The translations under genes were made by a program, and so were the position numbers. The notes under the pieces are model-generated. The model did no database searches. It was not told the DNA's origin and saw only the letters and a program-made list of their open reading frames with translations. From Rubripirellula sp. (lineage in GTDB: Bacteria; Planctomycetota; Planctomycetia; Pirellulales; Pirellulaceae), in assembly GCA_965216875.1 (NCBI GenBank), contig OZ244207.1, positions 8,192,001 to 8,256,000 on the forward strand: a DNA stretch of 64,000 bases, in the 5' to 3' direction. Every line of letters starts with the position of its first letter. Positions within the stretch are counted from its first letter, which is position 1. Below, piece by piece: positions 1 to 10,082 of the stretch.

Positions 1-108
1 GCCAAGCGGCGCGACGTGGATGCCACACAGGCTCGCCGTCTGCTCGCTGATGCCGGCGGCCATTTGCGGACGGCAATCGAGGACCCAAACGTGGAACGTA
101 CCCAATGA
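1..108 (+). CDS. murQ: N-acetylmuramic acid 6-phosphate etherase, C-terminal end (partial)
   Basis: Frame 1 reads AKRRDVDATQARRLLADAGGHLRTAIEDPNVERTQ*, like the MurQ C-terminal helix; ATGA overlap with the downstream amino-sugar kinase. Confidence 0.6.
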   Translation, partial: AKRRDVDATQARRLLADAGGHLRTAIEDPNVERTQ

Positions 109-1034
109 GCGACCTGGTGCTTGGCGTCGATGGTGGTGGTAGCAAGACGATGGCCATGTTGATGAAAGAGGGTCAAGTCTTGGGACGCGGCGTTGCAGGA
201 GCGTCAAATGTTCAAATGGAACAGGACGTCGCGTTCAAGGCGATCGATCAGGCGATTGCCGGCGCGTTTGCTGACGCTGGCACAAGCCGCCGCAAACTGC
301 GATCGGCATGCCTTGCGCTCGCGGGAGCCGGCCGGCCTGCGGATCGCGTTCGTGTTGAGACTTGGGCTGGCTCGATTGAGATGGCAGAGCGTGTGGTCGT
401 GACCGACGACGCGCTGCCCGTGATCTATGCGGCGCAGCCCGATGGAGTTGGCGTTGCACTGATCTCTGGCACAGGCTCGATGGCACTCGGCAGAGTCGCG
501 GGAGGGCGCACGGAACGATGCGGCGGATGGGGACCGGTTTTGGGTGATGAAGGGAGCGGCTATCAACTTGCAGTCAGCGCTCTGCGCGCGGCCGTTCGCA
601 GCGACGACGGACGAGCGGCTCCAACAAAACTGCTCGCCGATATCTTGACGCATTTCGGCCTTCGAAAGGCGAGCGATTTGATCGAGGACATGCGGCGTCA
701 TGATCGAGGGCGGAGCGAGATTTCGCAACTCGCGCCGCTGGTTGTCGCCGCGGCCCAAGACGGTGATCCGACGGCCGACCGGCTTGTGTCCGAGGCCGCC
801 GAGGAGCTTGCACTCATCGTGAAGGTCGTCACTCGGCGCCTGGAGATTTCAGCCGACTACACGCTCGCGATGGCTGGAGGGCAACTCGCAAATTCAACGA
901 CAATGCGATCTCGGGTAATCGACAAACTTGATCAGTTTGATGTGTCACCGAAGCGAACGGTAGTCGTTAGCGAGCCAGCAATAGGCGCCGCATTCATTGC
1001 AGATGCCAGGCACGGTCTCGAAACCCGAACTTAA
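105..1034 (+). CDS. BadF/BadG/BcrA/BcrD-type N-acetylglucosamine/N-acetylmuramate kinase
   Basis: GVDGGGSKT, ISGTGS and GGWGPVLGDEGSGY motifs. Confidence 0.85.
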   Translation: MSDLVLGVDGGGSKTMAMLMKEGQVLGRGVAGASNVQMEQDVAFKAIDQAIAGAFADAGTSRRKLRSACLALAGAGRPADRVRVETWAGSIEMAERVVVTDDALPVIYAAQPDGVGVALISGTGSMALGRVAGGRTERCGGWGPVLGDEGSGYQLAVSALRAAVRSDDGRAAPTKLLADILTHFGLRKASDLIEDMRRHDRGRSEISQLAPLVVAAAQDGDPTADRLVSEAAEELALIVKVVTRRLEISADYTLAMAGGQLANSTTMRSRVIDKLDQFDVSPKRTVVVSEPAIGAAFIADARHGLETRT

Positions 1035-1182
1035 TTCGTTCTCGCATAGCACTCCTCCCGTTCACGCGAGGGGCCTTGATCACTTGACGGTCTTTTTCGC
1101 GTTTGACCTTCGAGAGTTCTTCGGCCAACAGAGAAAAGGCAATGTCTCTCTCGACAGCAATGCGGGCCAGTAGGAACCTGCC

Positions 1183-2916
1183 CTACTTGCGTTCATTCTC
1201 CCAGAAAGCGATCTCCGTCGACACCATCAACGCCATCGCGCCGCCACGGTCGTCCGCCCCGAGTATGGCCGTGCGGTCATAGTAATTGCGGAGGTCTTTC
1301 TGTTTCCCGGTTCCGGTGCAGACGTCGACCAACCTGCCCTTCGGTCCAATCCGTGATTTGATGGCGCGCCATGCTCTTCTAGCAGCCGGCGCCCATTCCT
1401 CTTCTTTCAGCCATCCGCGTCGCATCCCTCGAACAATCGCAAACGTGATCATGCACGTCGAAGTGAATTCGCGATAGCTTTCCTTGCGGTCGATCACCTG
1501 ATGCCAGGCCCCCGTCGGGTCCTGATGCTGCCGGAGCGCGTCGAGGTGCGAGCGATAAGCACTTAAAAAAAACTCAAAAGCCTCCGAGTTCTCCGGTAAC
1601 GCACTCAGCGAAAGCGCCATCCCAAGCGCAGGGAATCCGTTGCCGCGCCCCCAGGCTGCCTCGTCGAGTGGAGAGTGCCTGTAAATTCCGTCGTCGCGGA
1701 GACAGAGATTCTGCATGAACTTAAAATGGCGAAGGCACTGATCGAAATATTTCTCATCGCCGGTCAAAGCGCCGACTTCGGCGAGAATCACGCACCCCAT
1801 GAAAACCGAGTCGCTCATTTCGTTGTGAAATGGCATCGACTCCTTCGGCTGTCCGTTGGCGTGGAATCCGCAATCTGCCGCCTTCTTCGCCGGCGGCGTC
1901 CAGTTGTCGTCGCGAGACCGGCGGGCAAGCTCCGAGAAAATCAGATGCCCGGATAGTGTGCTGCCGTTGCCTTTTGCCGGCATGCTTTCCTTGTCGCCCC
2001 GCCGAAACGGCGCCGCCAGATGTTCGGCATCGCGGAGACGGGCTGCGTCTCCGGTTAGTTCTCCCAGTCGCATTCGGCCGATCACAGCGAGCGATGGGAT
2101 GTACATGATTCGATCGAGTTTGCCTCCGTACACCTTGGCCAGTTCCTGTGCCACCTCAATCGGCGAACGTGCGATGCGGCGGTTGATTTCCTTTCGCGCA
2201 TTGGAACGTGGAAGAGGATTGAAGTGACCATCCATTGCCGTGGTCAACAGAAGCAAGGGCGACTTGCCGTCGGATTGAAGTGCGGGGATCGAACCAACTT
2301 CGGAAGGTGCGCCCTGGCTCAGCGCGGCAACCAAAGTTGCCTTATCCGTCGTCTCCCTACTGGTACCTGGAATCGCCGTGCGGATTGCATCGAGCATCTC
2401 CGCCGGTTTATCCGGCCAGGTCCACGCAGAATCGTTCTCGGACCGAACGTCGATGACAAGGTCTGGAGCATGCATACCGATCCAGCGCCAGAGATAGTGC
2501 GTTTCATCGTTTTCGGCTTGGTTGTATGCGTTTCCTTCCGGCGGGAATTTGGGCTCTGGCGGATTGCTTTGACCGACGGCATCTGGCCGAGCACAGGGCA
2601 CGCAGGAAACCGAGTATCGCTTCTGCAATTCGGTTTCGCCCTGGAAATCGGAAAGGGCACTCATTGCCAGTTCGACCGAACCCGCTTTACCATCAAGTCC
2701 ACCGACAATGAGGATGCGAAACTTTGTTGTCCGGGGATCGAAATGGTCTTCTGCGATGAAACAGGGAATCGCGGTTCCCTGTCGTGTCACTCCGATTGCC
2801 GATCGAATCAGGCCGCCGAGCGGATAGCGGTCCAATATCTTGCTCAGCTCGGAATCATCGCCAAGACAGGTGTTACACGTGACGGCGAGGAACATGAGAA
2901 AGACGAAATGTTTCAT
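1183..2916 (-). CDS. Secreted GH105/GH88 unsaturated glycuronyl hydrolase-like protein with N-terminal degenerate M14 carboxypeptidase-like domain
   Basis: Signal peptide; C-terminal DSVFM, WGRGNGF, QDPTGAWHQVID, GRLVDVCTGT; N-terminal ILIVGGLDG, VPCARPD, PDLVIDVRS. Confidence 0.75.
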   Translation of the reverse strand: MKHFVFLMFLAVTCNTCLGDDSELSKILDRYPLGGLIRSAIGVTRQGTAIPCFIAEDHFDPRTTKFRILIVGGLDGKAGSVELAMSALSDFQGETELQKRYSVSCVPCARPDAVGQSNPPEPKFPPEGNAYNQAENDETHYLWRWIGMHAPDLVIDVRSENDSAWTWPDKPAEMLDAIRTAIPGTSRETTDKATLVAALSQGAPSEVGSIPALQSDGKSPLLLLTTAMDGHFNPLPRSNARKEINRRIARSPIEVAQELAKVYGGKLDRIMYIPSLAVIGRMRLGELTGDAARLRDAEHLAAPFRRGDKESMPAKGNGSTLSGHLIFSELARRSRDDNWTPPAKKAADCGFHANGQPKESMPFHNEMSDSVFMGCVILAEVGALTGDEKYFDQCLRHFKFMQNLCLRDDGIYRHSPLDEAAWGRGNGFPALGMALSLSALPENSEAFEFFLSAYRSHLDALRQHQDPTGAWHQVIDRKESYREFTSTCMITFAIVRGMRRGWLKEEEWAPAARRAWRAIKSRIGPKGRLVDVCTGTGKQKDLRNYYDRTAILGADDRGGAMALMVSTEIAFWENERK

Positions 2917-3153
2917 CGAGAGGCTTCTTCTCCGTTACATCGCATTGAGAATTCGTTTTGACCCGATCTCCGGTGAAGATCATAGCTCGATGCGTGAGCG
3001 AGGACTGCCGATTGAATGCTTCGCTTTCGCCTAGGGCTCCGAAGTCGATTGCAAATTCCTCAGCTTAGACCGATCATCCCTCGACGGCGTGAAATGCGGC
3101 AGGCATCATCTCCTATTCAGCGCGCGGCTTGTCCTATGTGTTGGAGAGTGCAT

Positions 3154-3194
3154 AAAAAAAAGGGGCCGCCGCAATCTGTTGCGTCGGTCCCTTT
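3154..3194 (-). terminator. Rho-independent terminator downstream of tRNA-Leu
   Basis: Minus strand: GGGACCGACGCAA-CAGA-TTGCGGCGGCCCC followed by T8. Confidence 0.75.
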
Positions 3195-3203
3195 GGGTTG
3201 GAG

Positions 3204-3287
3204 TGCGGATGAGAGGATTTGAACCTCCACGCCCTTGCGGGCACTAGAACCTGAATCTAGCGCGTCTGCCAATTCCGCCACATCCGC
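3204..3287 (-). tRNA. tRNA-Leu(CAG)
   Basis: GCGGATG..CATCCGC-A acceptor, CTAGA-TTCAGGT-TCTAG anticodon arm, long variable arm, GTTCAAATC; no encoded CCA. Confidence 0.97.
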
Positions 3288-3520
3288 TTTTTGTTTGGCC
3301 GTTGGGAAAGAGGTGCTCGAGCAGTTTTGGGTTCGCTCGGCTGGTTTCCCAACGTTTTGGCTGGGGCGAAGGATACGCGTTTGATCGCCATGTCGCAAGG
3401 ATGGTTTGCGAGGAGACAAGCGGAGTGGCAGACTGGTGGCGGTGCGGAGATCCGCGGCTAGCGGAGAGACACCAGGAACGGTCTCTGCAGAACAACTTCT
3501 TCTGCAGCTAGGCAGTGCCC

Positions 3521-3650
3521 GTGAGCCGCTGGCCGTGAGGCCTCGGGCCCAGGCTAACCGCAGCTATGGCACACCACAGCTATGGCACAAGGCGGCGAAG
3601 ACCCACGGCGGCTAGGATTAAGGCCCGGCCGCTTACGCGATCGCGGCTCA
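3521..3650. repeat. REP-like doublet (GTGAG-type palindromes in inverted orientation)
   Basis: 3521-3549 is the exact reverse complement of 48639-48667; GCCCGGCCGCTTACGCGATCGCGGCTCA recurs at 62082. Confidence 0.8.
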
Positions 3651-3764
3651 GTTGCTGCTCAGGCTGGGTGTGCGATGAGCAGCACGAACCCTCTCCGGGC
3701 CTGAGAGCCCGACTCTCCCAAGGGAGAGTGTTTTCTAATTACGCAGAGTGAGTTGGATTGAACG

Positions 3765-4514
3765 ATGTTGCTTCATTGCCTGGGGACGGTTGGTTATCAC
3801 CCGAATGAATCGCGGCATACTTCGTGTTATTTCTTGCCCGAGTCGGGGATCGTTCTCGATGCAGGCTCGGGGATCTTTCGGTTGCCGAAGCTGATCGAAA
3901 CCAACACGCTCGATATCCTGCTGAGCCACGTGCACCTCGACCACGTCATGGGGCTAACCTTCCTCTTGGATGTCCTCTATCAGCGGCCCGTCGATCGACT
4001 GCGCATTTGGGGTGAAGCGGCGAAGCTCGAGGCAGTCAGGACGCATCTCTTTAGTGAGCTGATTTTTCCACCGCAGCTCGATGCGGAGTGGATGGAGATC
4101 GACGAACTGGGTGAGTTTCAAGTTGGTGATGTGACGGTGGCGTGGCGGCCACAGGATCATCCGGGAGGTTCGGTCGCCTATCGGCTCGATTGGAAACATC
4201 CCGAGAAGAGGCTGGTTTACGCCACCGATACGCGGGGCGACGTCACTGCGGAGCATGCGCGGTGGTCGGCTGATGCGGATCTACTGATGCACGAGTGCTA
4301 TTTTCGTGATTCGGCGGCCGATTGGGCGGAAAAGACGGGGCACAGTTGGACCAGCCGCGTCTGCGAGGTCGCTGAACTTTCCCAGCCAAAGCGATTGCTG
4401 GTGACGCACATCAATCCTCTCGAGGGGGCGGCCGACCCGGTCGATTTGCCGGAGATTCGGAAGCGGGTCGGGGATGTGATGCTGGCTGAGGATGGGTTGG
4501 TTGTGGAGTTTTGA
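3765..4514 (+). CDS. MBL-fold metallo-hydrolase, RNase Z/ElaC-like (short, no exosite)
   Basis: LGTVG, LDAGSG, SHVHLDH, YATDT, HECY, GHS and THI motifs. Confidence 0.85.
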   Translation: MLLHCLGTVGYHPNESRHTSCYFLPESGIVLDAGSGIFRLPKLIETNTLDILLSHVHLDHVMGLTFLLDVLYQRPVDRLRIWGEAAKLEAVRTHLFSELIFPPQLDAEWMEIDELGEFQVGDVTVAWRPQDHPGGSVAYRLDWKHPEKRLVYATDTRGDVTAEHARWSADADLLMHECYFRDSAADWAEKTGHSWTSRVCEVAELSQPKRLLVTHINPLEGAADPVDLPEIRKRVGDVMLAEDGLVVEF

Positions 4515-4530
4515 GAGCGGAAGAGGTGAA

Positions 4531-4684
4531 CCACGGATTGCTCGGATCGCACGGATGAAGAGATAGGTGTGGGGAAGCGGGAGCCACGAATGGGGCGAAT
4601 TGCACGAATGAGGGTGTGGGTAGGAAGAAGTACACCACGGATTGCTTGGATCGCGCGGATGAAGAGATAGGTGTGGGGAAGCGG
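4531..4684 (+). repeat. 50-bp direct repeat (2 mismatches) flanking a CCACGAAT..CACGAAT variant unit
   Basis: CCACGGATTGCTYGGATCGCRCGGATGAAGAGATAGGTGTGGGGAAGCGG at 4531-4580 and 4635-4684. Confidence 0.85.
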
Positions 4685-4791
4685 TGGAAAATTGGGGGCT
4701 GAACCGGGGCGCGGGAGCGGGTGTCTTGGTAGCAGCGTCGTTTGTGATCGGCAAATCCGGGCTTGTCCCGAAAAAACCGGGCAATTCCGTC

Positions 4792-4819
4792 TTGTCGCAA
4801 ACGGTTGGATCGCTACACT
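4792..4819 (+). promoter_or_regulatory. Putative sigma70 promoter of the tRNA-tuf cluster
   Basis: TTGTCG-16 nt-TACACT about 80 nt upstream of tRNA-Thr. Confidence 0.4.
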
Positions 4820-4896
4820 CTGCCCTTCCAAGCCTCTGAATTGGGCGGAGAGCGATATCGGCTTCTCGGCACCGGTCCGAGAGGTGACGACGTCAC

Positions 4897-4969
4897 GCCA
4901 CTGTAGCTCAATTGGCAGAGCAGCTGATTTGTAATCAGCAGGTTAAGGGTTCGATTCCCTTCGGTGGCT
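4897..4969 (+). tRNA. tRNA-Thr(TGT)
   Basis: Cloverleaf; GCTGA-TTTGTAA-TCAGC anticodon arm; GGTTCGATTCC. Confidence 0.97.
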
Positions 4970-5062
4970 CTTTTGGCTCAAAACAATTCAAAATCAGCCT
5001 CACGGTAGAGAACACGACAGAACGATAAGAGACGAACCAACACGTTAAAGTTGGACAGATTT

Positions 5063-5144
5063 GGGGGTTTGCCCGAGTGGTTAAAGGGGGCGGACTGTAA
5101 ATCCGTTGGCTACGCCTACACAGGTTCGAATCCTGTAGCCCCCA
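5063..5144 (+). tRNA. tRNA-Tyr(GTA)
   Basis: GCGGA-CTGTAAA-TCCGT anticodon arm; long variable arm; GGTTCGAATCC. Confidence 0.97.
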
Positions 5145-5300
5145 TTTTTATTCGCCGCGATGGCGGTTTTTGACTGAGACCGGATCTCCAAAAGAAGAGA
5201 ATGCCGGCTTCGGGCAAAGAGAACCGCGAGTGAGGCGAAAGAAAAGGCAAGGGAGACGTTTGTGAGCCCCCAGCGGCCTCGCGACGTTTCCACGAGCAGT

Positions 5301-5371
5301 GCGGGTGTAGCTCAATGGTAGAGCAGCAGCCTTCCAAGCTGAATACGAGGGTTCGATTCCCTTCACCCGCT
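5301..5371 (+). tRNA. tRNA-Gly(TCC)
   Basis: GCGGGTG..CACCCGC acceptor; anticodon TCC in CAGCCTTCCAAGCTG. Confidence 0.97.
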
Positions 5372-5378
5372 TTGCCCC

Positions 5379-5454
<76 letters not shown>

Positions 5455-5823
5455 TTCAGTGGGCCAATTGCAAACCGAATGACATTCGGCGACAACTATG
5501 GCCAGACGCGGTTAGCGGCGTGCCCGTGCGGCACCGACGCACCGCGAAAACTGAATACTTTCCAAGCGATTTTGCGGCCTGCCAAGACGTTGGCCCGCTG
5601 CGAAAAGAACCGCTTGAGACTACCAAATACAAGAGGTCCGTGTCCCACGGTGGGATGCGGATGTTTCATTTCGTTTCGATTCTTAGTTGAACGATATTGA
5701 CCATTGCGGCCAGGTAATTGGCGAATCAACCGTGGGTGTGAACGCGGTCGCTGGCTATTTGGGCTGAATGAGAGCGTATCTCTGTTCAGTAGTGGCACGG
5801 TCATTTGTAGGTGAAAAAGAGAA

Positions 5824-7017
5824 ATGGCTAAGGCAACTTTTGAACGGACCAAGCCTCACGTTAACGTCGGCACGATTGGCCACATTGACCACGGCAAAAC
5901 CACAACCACCGGTGCTATCCTGGCTGTGCAAGCCGCAAAGGGATTGGCTGAGGCAAAGGGTTACTCGGACATCGCCAAGGGTGGTACGGTTCGTGACGAA
6001 ACCAAGACCGTGACCATCGCCGTGGCTCACGTCGAGTACGAGTCGGATAAGCGTCACTACGCTCACATCGACTGCCCGGGCCACGCTGACTTTATTAAGA
6101 ACATGATCACCGGTGCCGCCCAGATGGACGGTGCGATCCTGGTGGTTTCGGCCGCTGACGGCCCAATGCCACAAACCAAAGAGCACGTTCTGCTTGCTCG
6201 CCAGGTTGGTGTTCCTTACATCGTTGTCTTCTTGAACAAGTGTGACTTGGTCGACGACGAAGAACTGCTTGAGTTGGTCGAACTGGAAGCACGCGAGCTG
6301 CTCAGCCGCTACGACTTCCCAGGTGACGACGTTCCTGTCGTTCGCGGTTCGGCTCTACCTGCATACAACAGCCCTGCTGACCCAGACGCCAGCGCTTGCA
6401 TCAGCGAGTTGATGGACGCACTGGACGCCAACATTCCTGATCCTGTTCGTGAAGACGACAAGCCGTTCTTGATGGCCATCGAAGACGTCTTCTCGATCGA
6501 AGGTCGTGGTACGGTTGCTACCGGTCGTATCGAGCGTGGTGTGATCAAGGTTGGTGAAGAAGTCGAAATCGTTGGCTTGAAAGAGTCGACCAAGACGACC
6601 TGCACCGGCGTTGAAATGTTCCGTAAAGAAATGGAACAAGGCCAAGCTGGTGACAACGTTGGTTGCTTGCTCCGTGGTGTGAAGCGTGAAGACATCGAGC
6701 GTGGTCAAGTTTTGGCCAAGCCAGCCAGCATCACTCCTCATACCAAGTTCGAAGCAGAGGTTTACTGCTTGAGCAAGGATGAGGGTGGTCGTCACACACC
6801 ATTCTTCAGCGGCTACCGCCCACAGTTCTACTTCCGTACCACTGACGTGACCGGAACGGCAAACTTGGTCGACGCTGAAATGTGCATGCCTGGCGACAAC
6901 GTCAAAGTGACTGTCGAGCTGCACAAGCCAATCGCTATGGACGATGGTGTCCGCTTCGCGATTCGCGAAGGCGGCCGTACCGTCGGTTCGGGTGTTGTCT
7001 CGAAAATCCTCGAGTAA
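5824..7017 (+). CDS. tuf: Elongation factor Tu
   Basis: [37 protein letters not shown]. Confidence 0.99.
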   Translation: MAKATFERTKPHVNVGTIGHIDHGKTTTTGAILAVQAAKGLAEAKGYSDIAKGGTVRDETKTVTIAVAHVEYESDKRHYAHIDCPGHADFIKNMITGAAQMDGAILVVSAADGPMPQTKEHVLLARQVGVPYIVVFLNKCDLVDDEELLELVELEARELLSRYDFPGDDVPVVRGSALPAYNSPADPDASACISELMDALDANIPDPVREDDKPFLMAIEDVFSIEGRGTVATGRIERGVIKVGEEVEIVGLKESTKTTCTGVEMFRKEMEQGQAGDNVGCLLRGVKREDIERGQVLAKPASITPHTKFEAEVYCLSKDEGGRHTPFFSGYRPQFYFRTTDVTGTANLVDAEMCMPGDNVKVTVELHKPIAMDDGVRFAIREGGRTVGSGVVSKILE

Positions 7018-7299
7018 GCCCAGAGCGAGTTTTCGCACGAGCCACAACCGGCGAGGCAACGGGAGCATCCCTGAGTCTCGCTGGTCCGATGGGTGGGGCT
7101 GGAGCCGGATCTGTCTTGCCAAACAAGCCAGTCTGACTTCAGCCCCACTTTTGGGTTCCAAAGGTCTCGTTGGTCATTGGCTTTTTCCGCCATTTTCGGT
7201 ACCATCTCGAGATTCACCCAAGAGCGGCGTGGCCAGCACGAAGTTCTTGAAGGGATAGGAATGCCACCAGCCTCGGTATTTCCGCCAAAAGTCCCACCC

Positions 7300-7372
7300 A
7301 GGGGTGTAGCTCAATTGGCAGAGCACTGGTTTCCAAAACCAGCGGTTGCGGGTTCAAGTCCCTCCGCCCCTG
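7300..7372 (+). tRNA. tRNA-Trp(CCA)
   Basis: AGGGGTG..CGCCCCT acceptor; CTGGT-TTCCAAA-ACCAG arm; usual position before secE. Confidence 0.95.
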
Positions 7373-7540
7373 CTTTGATGGCTTGATATTTGAATGAATT
7401 GGGTTTTGGGCCGGCTTTTTCGACGGTTTGCCTCGATTGGGGTCGATCGGAATCGCAAAAGCGTTCAAAACCACAGAAGCACCGGACACCACGGACGGTG
7501 AACCGACCCTTTTTTTGATGTACTGAACAGGAGCAGACGG

Positions 7541-7984
7541 GTGTCTCGAGACATTGCAGGATCCAACAGCGCCCCGCTGACGTCAGAACTGTTTCAAACT
7601 TCGGTTTACAAACCCAATCAGGGACGCATCGTTCGTCAACTGACCGCGCTGGCGATTTGGGTGATCGTTGCCCTTGGTTGTTACCGCCTGTACAGCTCGC
7701 TGCAGGGTGCAGCCGACAGTGCAACGTGGACGACGATCCTGCCGGCCGTTTTGTTGGCGGGTGGAGCCTGGTTTGGATTCCGAGTGGTTAACTGGCCTCG
7801 ATTCGCCGACTTTTTGATCGCGGTCGAAGCCGAAATGAACAAAGTCACATGGCCGAGCAAGGATGAGTTGATCCGCGCTTCGATCGTTGTGATGTTCACG
7901 ATCTTTTTTCTGGCCAGTTCGTTGTTCCTTTTCGACATCGTTTGGCAATTCGTTTTCAGCACGATTGGCGTGACTTCCTCCTAG
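7541..7984 (+). CDS. secE: Preprotein translocase subunit SecE (3-TM type)
   Basis: FLIAVEAEMNKVTWPSKDE motif followed by a TM helix; synteny. Confidence 0.95.
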   Translation: MSRDIAGSNSAPLTSELFQTSVYKPNQGRIVRQLTALAIWVIVALGCYRLYSSLQGAADSATWTTILPAVLLAGGAWFGFRVVNWPRFADFLIAVEAEMNKVTWPSKDELIRASIVVMFTIFFLASSLFLFDIVWQFVFSTIGVTSS

Positions 7985-8040
7985 TATTAAACGCCTCGAC
8001 CTGTTGATCCCATCCTCACTTTGCCGAACCCGGTGTAAAC

Positions 8041-8838
8041 GTGAACGAAGCTGACACCTCCGACGACATCAAAGAACCCAGCGAGCCAGAGGCCGAAACG
8101 GTTTCGGGCGCAACGCCTGATGACGCAGCTTCGCAGGAAGCACCGGCCGACGATGCGGCTGGACAAGACGAGGTAGCCGGCGGAAGCGAAGCGGTCGCCG
8201 AAGAGAGTGCGGCACCAGAACCTCCGCCTGCCGCTCCAGAGCCTCCGCCAGCGGCACCCGCAACCGCACCGCCGCCAGCAGCGACTGATGACGAAGCGGT
8301 GATGGATTGGTACATCCTGAAGGTTGCCTTCAACCGCGAAGATTCCATCGCCGACGCGCTTCGCAAGCGAGTCAAGATGGAAGGCATGGACGAGTTCTTT
8401 GGCGAAATCGTTGTGCCGACCGAAGATGTCGCAAGCTTTACCCGTGATGGAAAACGTCGCATCAGCAAACGCAAGCTGCTGCCGGGCTACATCATGGTCA
8501 ACATGATCATCAACGATGACACGTGGTTCCTCGTCCGCGAGACCAACGGCATCAGCGACTTTACCGGCGCGGCAGGCAAGCCGATGCCAATGGAACCGTC
8601 GGACATCGAGCGGTTCGTCAAGAAACCAGACGTCGAAGACGACGAAGATACCCCCATCAAGACAACGATTCCGTTCAAGGTGGGCGATCGCGTTCGCGTC
8701 AAGGAAGGAAACTTCGAGAACCAAGAAGGCGATGTCGATGCCGTCGACGAAGCCAACGGCCGCGTGACGGTGATCATCAACATCTTCGGCCGCAGCGTGC
8801 CGATGGAACTTGATCACTGGCAGGTCGAACCGCTGTAA
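8041..8838 (+). CDS. nusG: Transcription termination/antitermination factor NusG with acidic Pro/Ala-rich N-terminal extension
   Basis: [17 protein letters not shown]-like [24 protein letters not shown]. Confidence 0.97.
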   Translation: MNEADTSDDIKEPSEPEAETVSGATPDDAASQEAPADDAAGQDEVAGGSEAVAEESAAPEPPPAAPEPPPAAPATAPPPAATDDEAVMDWYILKVAFNREDSIADALRKRVKMEGMDEFFGEIVVPTEDVASFTRDGKRRISKRKLLPGYIMVNMIINDDTWFLVRETNGISDFTGAAGKPMPMEPSDIERFVKKPDVEDDEDTPIKTTIPFKVGDRVRVKEGNFENQEGDVDAVDEANGRVTVIINIFGRSVPMELDHWQVEPL

Positions 8839-8947
8839 GAGACGACCGGCTGCCACGCCCTCGAGAAGGGCTGTGCATCAAACGCCACGTCGAATTCAGT
8901 ATCCGAACAAAAATCGAAACACCCAAACATTATTCAGTAGCCCAATC

Positions 8948-9373
8948 ATGGCAAAGCAAGTTACAGGACAAGCGAAGTTTCAAGTTCCCGGTGGACAAGC
9001 AACGCCTGCTCCTCCCGTCGGTACTTCGCTCGGTAAATTCGGTGTGAACCTTGGCCAGTTCGTCCAAGCGTTCAACGATCGCACCAAGGAATACAACGGC
9101 ACGCCGATTCCAGTCATCGTCACGGTCTACAACGACCGTAGCTTCGACTTTATCACCAAGAGCCCACCTGCAGCATCGATGCTCAAGCAAGCCGCTGGCA
9201 TCGCAAAAGGCAGCGGTGTGCCGAACCGCGACAAGGTCGCCAAGGTCACTCGCGCTCAATGCGAAGAGATCGCCAACAAGAAGATGGCTGACCTGAATGC
9301 TCGCAGCGTCGATCAAGCCGTTCGCATGATCGAAGGCACTGCTCGCAGCATGGGCATCGAAGTCGAAGGCTAA
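8948..9373 (+). CDS. rplK: 50S ribosomal protein L11
   Basis: [20 protein letters not shown]; start moved to the ATG at 8948 (141 aa). Confidence 0.98.
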   Translation: MAKQVTGQAKFQVPGGQATPAPPVGTSLGKFGVNLGQFVQAFNDRTKEYNGTPIPVIVTVYNDRSFDFITKSPPAASMLKQAAGIAKGSGVPNRDKVAKVTRAQCEEIANKKMADLNARSVDQAVRMIEGTARSMGIEVEG

Positions 9374-9414
9374 GCTTCGTTCCCTGAAGCCGCTTTGCGT
9401 TTGGTGATCGAGTC

Positions 9415-10026
9415 ATGCTTGTCGATATTGAATTGCCAGACGCCGTCGATCTTCCCGCACCGGCCGACGAGTCGATGCGGTTGATTACCGAGGCGAACGA
9501 ACGTGTGGATGCCTTCACGCGTTCGCACCGTCCGCGGATCGACAACTTTGTGGTGTGCGACTTTCCGTTGGTCGATTCTTGCCTGCAATGGATCGTCGCC
9601 GAGAACCTGCTCAGTGGTGACGCGTTCTGTGAATGGGGCAGCGGCTTTGGCGTCGTCACGCTGCTCGCTGCACTCCATGGCCTTGATGCAAGTGGCATTG
9701 AGGTCGAGCCCGATTTGATTGATCAAGCGGTGCTGCTTGCCGAGGACTTCGAGATCGAAGCTCAGTTCGGTTGCGGGAGCTTCATTCCGGATGACGATCA
9801 AGGGATGGTCGAAACGTTCTCAGAGATTGATCACGTCGATACCGAGAGCCGAAGCGGCTACGACGAAGTTGACAGCGACCTTGTCGACTTTGATCTCTTC
9901 TTTGCGTTTCCGTGGCCAGGAGAACATCATTTCTTTGAGAGTGTGTTCGAGCGGCACGCTGCTGACGGTGCGATGCTGTTGACCTTTCTAGGAATCGAGC
10001 AATTGCGTTTGCAACGCAAGGTGTAG
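9415..10026 (+). CDS. Class I SAM-dependent methyltransferase-like protein
   Basis: Motif I FCEWGSGFG, acidic GIEVE, GSF, DLFFAFPWPGE. Confidence 0.7.
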   Translation: MLVDIELPDAVDLPAPADESMRLITEANERVDAFTRSHRPRIDNFVVCDFPLVDSCLQWIVAENLLSGDAFCEWGSGFGVVTLLAALHGLDASGIEVEPDLIDQAVLLAEDFEIEAQFGCGSFIPDDDQGMVETFSEIDHVDTESRSGYDEVDSDLVDFDLFFAFPWPGEHHFFESVFERHAADGAMLLTFLGIEQLRLQRKV

Positions 10027-10082
10027 GTCATGCTGTGCATGACACCACCCAGACCTGAACTGCTTTGGACGTAATACCGGCC

